Source: an uncultured bacterium (GTDB lineage Bacteria; Chlamydiota; Chlamydiia; Chlamydiales; JAJFMA01). Taken from it: DNA of 62,692 nt. A program made the position numbers and the translations under genes. The notes beneath the pieces are model-generated. The model did no database searches, had not been told where the DNA came from, and saw nothing but the letters and a program-made list of their open reading frames with translations. The stretch covers positions 1-62,692 of the forward strand of contig CAYUJS010000006.1 in NCBI GenBank assembly GCA_964445105.1. The letters run 5' to 3'. Shown here piece by piece: positions 29,758 through 38,496 of this stretch; position 1 is the first letter of the stretch, and every line of letters starts with the position of its first letter.

Positions 29758-31092
29758 GTGCTGCGTATCCTAGGAGGCGTCCGGCTTGCACTCATCCTCA
29801 TCGCCACTACAGCCCTCTTTGTGATCGCAGGAACCATTCTGGAATCGATCACCCAGTCCCATCGTTACGCGGCATTATTTACTTATCAGCATCCGCTATT
29901 CATCGCCCTACTCGCTGGTTTTTTTATTAACATCTTCTTCGCAGCGCTGCTTCGCTGGCCCTTCGAGCGACGCCACACCGCCTTTCTTATCACCCATCTC
30001 GGTCTGTTAATGGTGCTCGGTGGCGTCATCGTCAAACAAATCTGGGGCGTACAAGGCAACATGCTGCTTAAAGAAGGTACTGTTTCCAACGAGCTCCTTC
30101 TCAGCGACACCTCCGTCATTCGCGTAGACACACCAACTGGGAAGTACCTATTCGACACGCAACGCACCGAGATTGACAACCTTACACTGACCCTGGTCGA
30201 TAAATATCCTCATTCCTCCGAGCACTGGGAAGGCTGGTTTAAGCAAAACCACCTTTGTATCCGCGGGCTCAAACCTCTAGCCCTCGGCGAGCGCACGCAA
30301 CTGACCGACGCTGCGGGTAATCTTTGGACTTTTTTAGCCGCAAGCGAAGAGGTCCCTTTTGATGCCCCAGGTGTACTCTTCGTGAAATGTAACAATGACG
30401 ACGAGCAATTATTCGCTCAACTACCGGACGGATCAAAATTCAGCCAAACCTATGCCAACGATCAGTACGAGTCTGTATTCGAAGTAAATAACGGATTTGG
30501 TGGCTACTGGGTACAAGCAGCCATAACCCCAGAATTCATTCTAGAAGCACCCCTCAGTAGGATTCATCAAGTAGAAGAGCCCACAAATAAACCGGAAGAC
30601 CACCTGCCTCTCATTCGCCTAGAGGCTAAATCAGGGAAGCAATCACAGATCGTTCCCATCACCTATGACCGCATGGCCAAAGGGCTCAAGTGGCCTATTC
30701 TAGAAGGAAAAGCCCTGCTGCGTTACCAGCCCGCCTGGCAAGAGCTGCCGTATGAGGTGCGTCTGCGCCAAGCGCGCAAAGTCAATTACCCCAACTCAGA
30801 CCAGCCCTACAGCTACGAAGCTGACATCGTCGTGAAAGACACACGCTCAAGCCGCCTGGTCGAAACAACCCTCTGCATGAACCAAGTCCATGAAACATGG
30901 GACGGGTACCGCTTCTACCTTAGCAACATTTCCCAAGCCCCCAACTCAGCGCGACAGATTCAGCTAGCCATCAATCACGACCCAGCCAAATACTGGCTTA
31001 CCTACCCCGGTGGCCTCCTAGTTTCTCTGGGCATTGTCATGCTCTTCGCTCAAGCCAAGAAACGTCTGCTAGGCGCAGACGCGCTACATTAA
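29758..31092 (+). CDS. Cytochrome c biogenesis ResB-like membrane protein
   Basis: Three N-terminal TMs, THLGLL, large periplasmic domain, MNQVH..GYRFYL, DP..LTYPG before a final TM. Confidence 0.75.
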   Translation: MLRILGGVRLALILIATTALFVIAGTILESITQSHRYAALFTYQHPLFIALLAGFFINIFFAALLRWPFERRHTAFLITHLGLLMVLGGVIVKQIWGVQGNMLLKEGTVSNELLLSDTSVIRVDTPTGKYLFDTQRTEIDNLTLTLVDKYPHSSEHWEGWFKQNHLCIRGLKPLALGERTQLTDAAGNLWTFLAASEEVPFDAPGVLFVKCNNDDEQLFAQLPDGSKFSQTYANDQYESVFEVNNGFGGYWVQAAITPEFILEAPLSRIHQVEEPTNKPEDHLPLIRLEAKSGKQSQIVPITYDRMAKGLKWPILEGKALLRYQPAWQELPYEVRLRQARKVNYPNSDQPYSYEADIVVKDTRSSRLVETTLCMNQVHETWDGYRFYLSNISQAPNSARQIQLAINHDPAKYWLTYPGGLLVSLGIVMLFAQAKKRLLGADALH

Positions 31093-34000
31093 CGCAACGC
31101 TTGGAATCGCTTTCAGACCTTCTTCTAGAGCGGCCCCTGGAGTTACTGTAACATCTAGCTGGAGGGTCGCCACTAACTTTCTTGCGGCGGAGAATTCCAG
31201 TTCCACTGGGGTAGAGCCGGCGTGCTGTTCTAGAGAGGTTTTGAGAGAGAGAAGCTGCGATAAAGTGACTTGGTCGGCATCGATTTTGATTTTCATGGCT
31301 GATCCTGAATTCTGAATTCCGGATCCTGGATCCTGAATCTTATTTTTGGGAGAGAGCTGAGCAGGCTGCTTGGGCTCAGAGCGGCGCGCTTCGCTTTTGC
31401 GCGTGGCCATGCGGCTAGTCTGCTGCTTGATGCGGTCGTAGGCAGTATCACACTGTTGGACGAGCGCTTCGTTAGTTTGCGTTAAGTCCTCTAACCAGTG
31501 ACAGCTTAGACGCACTGATTCTTCGCGTTTATCCACTTGCAGTACCGCCAAAAGCAGTTTATTTTCTTCTAACAGATGGCGTTTTTCTTCGTACATCTCA
31601 GACCAGATGGGGAGCTCGTAGTGAACCAGCCCATCACTGATGGTGAGAATAGCAAACTTTTTCTGGTTCTTGGCCGAGATACGGTTCTGGACAGTTTCTA
31701 CGATGAACGCTGTTCTGAATACCGCGTCGTGATCCATCTCGTCGACCTTGGCAAGTTGCAGACTGCCTAGTCGCTTCAATGTCTCGCCCCAGTTGTCCAT
31801 AGGATGCCCCGTCAAAAATAGTCCTAGGAGCTCTTTCTCTTTGAGAAGTAGATCGACCTGCGAGCGGGGCTGCGCGACTTTAGGTGGATTGGGAAGGGGT
31901 CCGGCATCGCCCGTTTGCGCGGCAAAAAGGAACATCACACCAACTTCTTTGGCAGAACGATCCTTCAAAGCGGCATCGAAGAGAAGGTCAAGCGACTGTA
32001 TCAACTGATCCCGCGTCCATCCTAGATCTTCAAAACAACCAGCCTCGATCAGGTGTTCGATGTTTTTTTTACCGACTTTTTTCAGGTCTAATCGTTTACA
32101 AAAGTCCCAGAAACTCTTAAAACGGCCACCTCTCTGACGCTCTTTTAAGATGGTTTCGACGACCCCGGTGCCAACCCCTTTAATACCTGCCATCGCAAAG
32201 CGAATGCCTTTTTCAGTGGCTTCGAACTGCACGGTCGATTCGTTGATGTCAGGCGGCAGGATAGGAATGTTCATCGCTTGTCCTTCGCGAATGAACTTGG
32301 AGACTTTGGTTAAGTCGTGCGCTTCACAGGTCATGTTGGCAGCAAGCCATTCGCCGGGGAAATTTGCCTTCAGGTAGGCGGTCACATAGCTGAGGTAGCC
32401 ATAAGCCGTCGCATGCGATTTGTTAAAGCCGTAGGCGGCAAATTTCTCCATTTTGTCGAAGACGCGCATAGAGACTTCTTCGGAAATTTGGTTCTCAAGC
32501 GCGCCTAAGCGAAATTTTTCACGCTGCTTAGCCATTTTATCGGCTTCTTTTTTCCCCATGGCGCGGCGCAGTACGTCGCCTTCACCGAGAGTGTAGTTAG
32601 CCATACGACTGGCGATTTGCATCACTTGCTCTTGGTAGACCATGATGCCGTAAGTTTCGGACAGGATGTCTTTTACCCAAGGATGATCATACTCGATAGG
32701 CTCGCGGCCATGCTTGCGCGCAATGAAGGAAGGGATCATATCCATAGGACCTGGACGATAAAGCGCGCCTACCGCGATGATCTCTTCAAACTTATCTAGG
32801 TGTAGCTGTCGCGCTAGCTCTTGCATGCCGCCAGACTCCAGCTGAAATACGCTGAGGGTTTTACCTTGGTTGAGCAGATCAAAAGTTTTGGCGTCGTCTA
32901 GCGCTAGATTGATCCAATCGATGTCGATATTACGGTTGCGTTTGATGGCATCAACCGTTTTCTGGATACTCGTGAGAGTCTTCAACCCCAAAAAGTCGAT
33001 TTTAAGCATGCCGACCTCTTCCACGGGCTTCATGGAATACTGTGTAACGGCCATTTCCGCATCTTTAGAAACACACAAAGGAATGAAATCTACCAGTGGA
33101 TCGCCCGCGACCACGACCCCTGCGGCATGGGTGCCTGTGCTGCGGATAGACCCCTCCAACTTGCGGCCGATATCGATGATACGCCTAGCATCTTCATCCA
33201 TGTCATACGCTTGGCGCAGATCCGCATCCTTTTCTAAGGCCGTGTCGATGGTGATGCCTAGATCGTCGGGCACAAGCTTAGCGATGGCGTTCACGCGGGT
33301 CAAAGGTACATTCAGCACTCTACCCACATCGCGCACGCATGACTTGGCCTTCATGGTCATAAAGGTGATGATCTGAGCGACGTTCTCCTTCCCGTATTTA
33401 TCCAAAGTGTAGTGGATAACATCGCCACGCCGATCCATGCAGATGTCTACGTCGATATCGGGATATGAGATACGCTCGGGGTTAATGAAGCGCTCAAAGA
33501 ATAGGCTGAAGCGGATCGGCTCTATGTCGGTCACGCCGATCAGGTAGAGCACGATCGACCCTGCGCCAGACCCCCTGCCGGGGCCCATCGGGATCCCCTG
33601 CTTCTTCGCCCAATCGATAAAATCCCAAACGATCAATAGGTAGTCGCACATGCCTTTCGGCGCGATTACATTCATTTCATAGGCAAGGCGTTCCTGTACT
33701 ACTTGCAAGGGGTCTTTGTCAGGAAATAGCTCTTTTACTTTAACCAACCTCTCAGGTGTGTATCTGCGCGGGATACCCTCTCTACAGAGCTGCCAGAGAA
33801 AAGCTTCAACCTCTTTTTGGCGCTCTTCTTCTGTGAGTTTTTTATTTTCAGAGGTAGGTGGAACAAACACTGGGTAGTGTTTGGTCTTAAAATCGAGCTC
33901 AAGCTGGCATTTTTCGGCCACTTCAAGGGTGTTAGAGATGGCCTCAGGTATGTCTTGGAATAGCTCTATCATCTGCTGAGGCGTTTTGAAGTAGTATTCG

Positions 34001-34833
34001 TGCGAGGCGTAGGTGTGTCGTTTGGGGTTAGGGATGCGCCTTTTAGGATTGCCCTGCGCGTCGTGCTCCCAAATTTCGCAAGGCTCACCAGATTGTACAT
34101 TGAGCAGAATTTCGTGCGCGCGCCAGTCATCGCGTGCTGTGTAGTGGCTATCGTTGGTGGCCACTACTTTAATGCCTTTTTCGCGGCCAAGACGGATAAA
34201 GGTCTCGTTGACGCGCTCTTGCTTGGAAACTAAATCCTGATACTTATGGAGGAGCCAAGATTCTTGGTACATGCCATCTCCGCGCAGCTGTTCATCGCGC
34301 ATCTGGTGGCGTTGCAGTTCGAAGTAGTAGTCCTCGCCAAAGAGATCATGATACCACTGTACTTTCTCTGCCAGGCCCTTTGGAGACCCCTCCAAAATCT
34401 CATAGGCGACGCGCCCGCTGAGGGAGGAAGAAAGACAGATTAAGCCTTTGGAGTACTTGCTTAGCACCTCTTCGTCTATCCGGGGCACATAGTAATACCC
34501 TTCCAAGAAACCAATGGATGAGAGCTTGCACAGGTTGTGATACCCCTCGCCATTTTTGGCGATCAGCACCAGAGAGAAAGAGTGGCGATTGCCAAGGCCT
34601 TTCTGGCGAGTTAACCGGGAATCAGGAGCAACGTAGACCTCACAACCGATCAGCGGCTTGACACTCGACCCTTGACAGGCCTGAAAAAACTCCACGGCGC
34701 CGTACATGTTGGCATGGTCGGTTAATGCCACTGCTGGCACGGCATAGTCTGCGGCCATTTTTGCAAGCGCCTTCACAGGCGTCAGCGCGTCTAAGATGGA
34801 ATATTGCGAATGAGCATGTAGCGACGCCCACAT
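31084..34833 (-). CDS. dnaE: DNA polymerase III alpha subunit
   Basis: LHAHSQYSILD, TDH, GPGRGSGAGS, PDIDVD, KIDFLGL, YGFNKSH. Confidence 0.99.
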   Translation of the reverse strand: MWASLHAHSQYSILDALTPVKALAKMAADYAVPAVALTDHANMYGAVEFFQACQGSSVKPLIGCEVYVAPDSRLTRQKGLGNRHSFSLVLIAKNGEGYHNLCKLSSIGFLEGYYYVPRIDEEVLSKYSKGLICLSSSLSGRVAYEILEGSPKGLAEKVQWYHDLFGEDYYFELQRHQMRDEQLRGDGMYQESWLLHKYQDLVSKQERVNETFIRLGREKGIKVVATNDSHYTARDDWRAHEILLNVQSGEPCEIWEHDAQGNPKRRIPNPKRHTYASHEYYFKTPQQMIELFQDIPEAISNTLEVAEKCQLELDFKTKHYPVFVPPTSENKKLTEEERQKEVEAFLWQLCREGIPRRYTPERLVKVKELFPDKDPLQVVQERLAYEMNVIAPKGMCDYLLIVWDFIDWAKKQGIPMGPGRGSGAGSIVLYLIGVTDIEPIRFSLFFERFINPERISYPDIDVDICMDRRGDVIHYTLDKYGKENVAQIITFMTMKAKSCVRDVGRVLNVPLTRVNAIAKLVPDDLGITIDTALEKDADLRQAYDMDEDARRIIDIGRKLEGSIRSTGTHAAGVVVAGDPLVDFIPLCVSKDAEMAVTQYSMKPVEEVGMLKIDFLGLKTLTSIQKTVDAIKRNRNIDIDWINLALDDAKTFDLLNQGKTLSVFQLESGGMQELARQLHLDKFEEIIAVGALYRPGPMDMIPSFIARKHGREPIEYDHPWVKDILSETYGIMVYQEQVMQIASRMANYTLGEGDVLRRAMGKKEADKMAKQREKFRLGALENQISEEVSMRVFDKMEKFAAYGFNKSHATAYGYLSYVTAYLKANFPGEWLAANMTCEAHDLTKVSKFIREGQAMNIPILPPDINESTVQFEATEKGIRFAMAGIKGVGTGVVETILKERQRGGRFKSFWDFCKRLDLKKVGKKNIEHLIEAGCFEDLGWTRDQLIQSLDLLFDAALKDRSAKEVGVMFLFAAQTGDAGPLPNPPKVAQPRSQVDLLLKEKELLGLFLTGHPMDNWGETLKRLGSLQLAKVDEMDHDAVFRTAFIVETVQNRISAKNQKKFAILTISDGLVHYELPIWSEMYEEKRHLLEENKLLLAVLQVDKREESVRLSCHWLEDLTQTNEALVQQCDTAYDRIKQQTSRMATRKSEARRSEPKQPAQLSPKNKIQDPGSGIQNSGSAMKIKIDADQVTLSQLLSLKTSLEQHAGSTPVELEFSAARKLVATLQLDVTVTPGAALEEGLKAIPSVALM
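31301..31342. repeat. Heptanucleotide tandem repeat (~6 x (G/A)AT(C/T)C(T/C)G) inside dnaE
   Basis: GATCCTG AATTCTG AATTCCG GATCCTG GATCCTG AATCTTA; encodes KIQDPGSGIQNSGS. Confidence 0.7.
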
Positions 34834-34844
34834 GATGGCCCCCT

Positions 34845-36209
34845 TTAAACAGATTGTGGCTCGGCCGGGGAAGGTCCTGGTTTATTCGCTGGTTTTTCTG
34901 CTAGAAGCAGTGGGATGAACAGGCAGACACAAACAAGAGCGCAGACCAATGTGGTCACAAAAAAGCCTTCCCATCCGTATTTTTTCGTGATGACCCCCAA
35001 AGGCCACCCGGCAATCGCTGAGCCCAAATAAGCAAACCAACCGACAAAGCCCGTGGTGGTGGCCGCGGCCTTTTTATGAGAGAGTTCGGTGGCTGACATC
35101 CCGACGAGCATCTGAGGGCCAAAAACCATAAAACCGGTCATAAAGATAGCGAAGAAATCCAGCAAGGTTGTCCCAGGAGGCAACCACCAAATGAATAGTA
35201 CACTGAGCGCAATACCCGTAGAAAATAGTATGTTGATAGGACTCCTGCGCGCCTGGAATACCTTATCCGAAGCCCAGCCCGCCGTAAGGCTTCCGCACAG
35301 GCCCCCGAGCTCAAACATGGAGTAGCAAACACTGCCGCTCCACTGGGAGTAACCCTTCACCTGCACAGAATATACGGCCATCCAAGAGCCGAAAGCCGTC
35401 CGGATAAAATAGACGAAAATATTGATGAAGGCCAGCAGCCAGATCCACTTATTCTTCAGGACGTACTGAACCAAAATTTGGCGAGACGAGAGTTTTTCTC
35501 CCTCATTAGCTTTAGCACCAGCTACCGTCTCCTCTCCTCGAAAAACTTCGATCGGGGGAAGGCCCAGGGAAGCCGGAGTATCGCGTAGGCGATTGATTAA
35601 CAACAGCCCCATCAAAATGCAGAGCGCACCGGGCATGCACATAGCCCATCTCCAGCCCAAGGATTGGGCGAGAAACCCAGCGAACAGGATAATCGACCAG
35701 GCGCCTACGTTATGAGACACGTTCCAAGAGGACCACCAGGATCCCCTCTCGGATTTAGAATACCAATAAGTCAGCAAACGAGCGCATGGTGTAGCTCCGA
35801 ACCCCTGAAACCACGCGTTTAAACCCCAAATGAGCGCGAATACGTACAGGCTAGATGAGAGACCGAAAATAATATTGCATATGCCCGTCATAATAAGTCC
35901 GAAGGGCATGAAATAACGCGCATTTGCGCGATCTGCCAATATGCCGCTGATGAACTTGCTGCCGCCGTAACTGAGGGCAAACGCACTGAGGACGATACCG
36001 AGCTGCTCATAATCCAAGCCCAAATCTTCCATCATAGTGGGCATAACAGTATTGAAGCTCATCCTCGTCAAGTAATAAGAGGCGTACCCCATGAAAATGG
36101 AATAAAAAATCCGGATGCGCCAGTAGGCGTAATCTTTCTTTACTCTCTCAGGATCTTGTATGGGGTTAGCAGCGGGTGCCGGCGGAAAAACGCGTGAAAG
36201 AAAGGTCAA
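34845..36209 (-). CDS. uhpC: Hexose-phosphate transporter UhpC (MFS, OPA family)
   Basis: YWRIRIFYSIF, YWYSKSERGSWWS.WN.SHNVG, FGPQML, ELSHKKAA; adjacent to dnaE as in Chlamydia. Confidence 0.93.
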   Translation of the reverse strand: MTFLSRVFPPAPAANPIQDPERVKKDYAYWRIRIFYSIFMGYASYYLTRMSFNTVMPTMMEDLGLDYEQLGIVLSAFALSYGGSKFISGILADRANARYFMPFGLIMTGICNIIFGLSSSLYVFALIWGLNAWFQGFGATPCARLLTYWYSKSERGSWWSSWNVSHNVGAWSIILFAGFLAQSLGWRWAMCMPGALCILMGLLLINRLRDTPASLGLPPIEVFRGEETVAGAKANEGEKLSSRQILVQYVLKNKWIWLLAFINIFVYFIRTAFGSWMAVYSVQVKGYSQWSGSVCYSMFELGGLCGSLTAGWASDKVFQARRSPINILFSTGIALSVLFIWWLPPGTTLLDFFAIFMTGFMVFGPQMLVGMSATELSHKKAAATTTGFVGWFAYLGSAIAGWPLGVITKKYGWEGFFVTTLVCALVCVCLFIPLLLAEKPANKPGPSPAEPQSV

Positions 36210-36400
36210 TTAATTCTCCTTAAGAGCATGGGCTAGGGCTATAATACTCTGCGCTTTTTAGCCCCCTTGTACCTTGAGGTAACCTTTTTTCTCAAGAGCA
36301 TTCCGGATTAGGCGGCGATTCAAACCTGTACTTAGCGTAGCGGGGAAGACAAGATCTGGTGTCGGTATTCCTTTAGATCTTTTTAAGTCCCTTAACATAT

Positions 36401-36670
36401 TTAATTGAAGACGCTTGCTTTCACTCCCATCTGTGGCCAAAAGCCTTCTAGACTATCGCAGTCAACGCCGCCACTCAGAGCCTCATCGTGAGCTTCGAGA
36501 GTTTTCTTATTAGGTTACTTAGTAAAATCCGCTCTGAGTTGGGGCAGAATCAGCTCACTAAGACTCAAATGGGCTTTGGCTGCTAACATTTTGATATAAG
36601 CTCGCTCGCCAGTAGTACACTTTATCGTGACCCTAGCCTTATCGCGATGCACATGAAAATGAGCGCCTAT
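36401..36670 (-). pseudogene. Decayed RHH antitoxin (DinJ/RelB-like)
   Basis: Manual translation: ATA after GAGAGG, ...DKARVTIKCTTGERAYIKMLAAKAHLSLSELIL...TK*PNKKTLEAHDEA...CDSLEGFWPQMG; in-frame TAA at 36515-36517. Confidence 0.65.
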
Positions 36671-36920
36671 ATATACCTCTCGAGGTTATGCCGTTAATTC
36701 TACAGCTTTCCGTGAGCTTCGTAAAGAGCGGGTTCACAAGGCCAGCAGCTCTCAATCGCTTGGATAGCTGCGATTATTTTTTTCCTTTTGCTGAAAACCA
36801 GATCAGGGCACATAAAAAGATTTGACCAATCGCCGACTAAAAAGTTGTGAGCGATGAGCAACAAGAAAAGTAGGCAAGATTGCCAGGCTGCGCGCGTTAC
36901 ACATCGCCTAGCAAGGTATC

Positions 36921-37241
36921 TTAAATGGCGTGGGTCAAAATCCGCTTCAGCGTTTCTTTGTCTTTCAATCCAACGATACGCTCTACCTCAGCTCCATCCT
37001 TGAAAATAATGATCGTGGGAATTGAAGTGACTTGAAACGAGGCTGTGGTGCGCTGAGCACTTTCAATATCAATTTTAGCCACTTTAGCCGTATCGCCCAT
37101 TTCATCAGCTAGTTCGTGCATAATGGGCTCCATCATGCGGCAGGGGCCGCACCAGTCGGCGTAAAAGTCGACTAGGGTCACGCCGTTTTGGATCTCCTGC
37201 TGAAAGTTGTCATCATTGAGGTACTGTAATCCTTTTGCCAT
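36921..37241 (-). CDS. trxA: Thioredoxin
   Basis: VDFYADWCGPCRMM, SIPT; ATG 37241 after GGAG. Confidence 0.96.
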   Translation of the reverse strand: MAKGLQYLNDDNFQQEIQNGVTLVDFYADWCGPCRMMEPIMHELADEMGDTAKVAKIDIESAQRTTASFQVTSIPTIIIFKDGAEVERIVGLKDKETLKRILTHAI

Positions 37242-37535
37242 GAGTCTCTCCATTATGCTTAAGTACACTAATATTATTGACCATCTGGCGCGCTTTTGTC
37301 CAGAGACTTCAAAGCCTTCAGCAGCTCCCGGTAAAAAAAGAAAACGATCGGCTCCGGAGCAGTCATTAAACCTATTCTGCTTTTTATCCGTGGCCAAGGC
37401 TACGGATCCTTCGCAAACCAAGCCTGCTGTCGGTTTCTTCTTTTAGCGGGAGGTGCTGAGCTGCGAGCTACTGGGTAGCCGCAAATTCTCAATTGCGGTA
37501 TGCTCCTACTTCTCCTAGCAACTAGAACGGGAACT

Positions 37536-38492
37536 ATGTATCAAGTAATCGCCTACTATCAGTTTGTTTCCATAGCTAATCCTCAAGCGGAAGTAGCCAA
37601 ACATAAGGCCTATCTAGCAGATAAAGATGCGACTGCGCGCATTTACGTCTCCGAAGAAGGGATCAACGGACAGATGAGTATCGCCAGTGCGAATGCTCAA
37701 GCCTACATGGATTGGATGCAAGGGAGAGAGCCGTTCGGAAACATTGTTTTCAAAGTCCAAGATCATCATGAGCATGCCTTCCCAAGGCTGACGGTAAAAT
37801 ACCGCAAGCAGCTTGTGGCTTTAGACCTAGCTGTGGACATGTCTTTGAAAGGCGAGCATCTTTCCCCCAAGCAATGGGTCGAGATGCTTAAAGACGAGAA
37901 TAAACTGCTGCTCGACGTAAGAAATGAATATGAGGGGCTTGTCGGCCACTTTGAGGGCGCTGAGCAGCCCAGCTGCGATGAATTCCGCGCGTTCCCAAAA
38001 TATGTGGAAGAACTGAAAAAACGCGTCGATCCAAAGACCACACCTGTTATGATGTATTGTACAGGAGGCATCCGTTGTGAGCTTTTTTCGGCTCTTATGC
38101 GTAAGGAAGGATTCGAAAAAGTCTATCAGCTTTCTGGCGGCATTTTGGGTTACGCAAAAGAGATGGGCTCCCAGCATTGGTTGGGAAAGTTATTTGTTTT
38201 CGATGACCGACTCACTGTGCCCCTAGATGACAAGCAGACAAAGGTCGTGGGCGAATGTCACCATTGCAGCGCCCCGATTGAGAGTTATTACAACTGCGCG
38301 AACATGGATTGCAACCAGCTGTTTCTGTGCTGCTCGGACTGCTTGAAACAGCACGCAGGGTGCTGTCAGGCATCTTGCGCTGCTTCTGATCGCTTGCGCC
38401 CCTATCAGCATCAAAATGCGCATAAACCCTTTCGTAAGTGGTACCACTACGCTAAGGACAAGAAAGATCTGTGGCGTTCAACTAGACAGTAA
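37536..38492 (+). CDS. trhO: Rhodanese-domain tRNA hydroxylase (TrhO/UPF0176)
   Basis: EGINGQ, DVRNEYE..GHF, MYCTGGIRCE, LFVFDDR, Cys-rich tail. Confidence 0.9.
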   Translation: MYQVIAYYQFVSIANPQAEVAKHKAYLADKDATARIYVSEEGINGQMSIASANAQAYMDWMQGREPFGNIVFKVQDHHEHAFPRLTVKYRKQLVALDLAVDMSLKGEHLSPKQWVEMLKDENKLLLDVRNEYEGLVGHFEGAEQPSCDEFRAFPKYVEELKKRVDPKTTPVMMYCTGGIRCELFSALMRKEGFEKVYQLSGGILGYAKEMGSQHWLGKLFVFDDRLTVPLDDKQTKVVGECHHCSAPIESYYNCANMDCNQLFLCCSDCLKQHAGCCQASCAASDRLRPYQHQNAHKPFRKWYHYAKDKKDLWRSTRQ

Positions 38493-38496
38493 GCTG

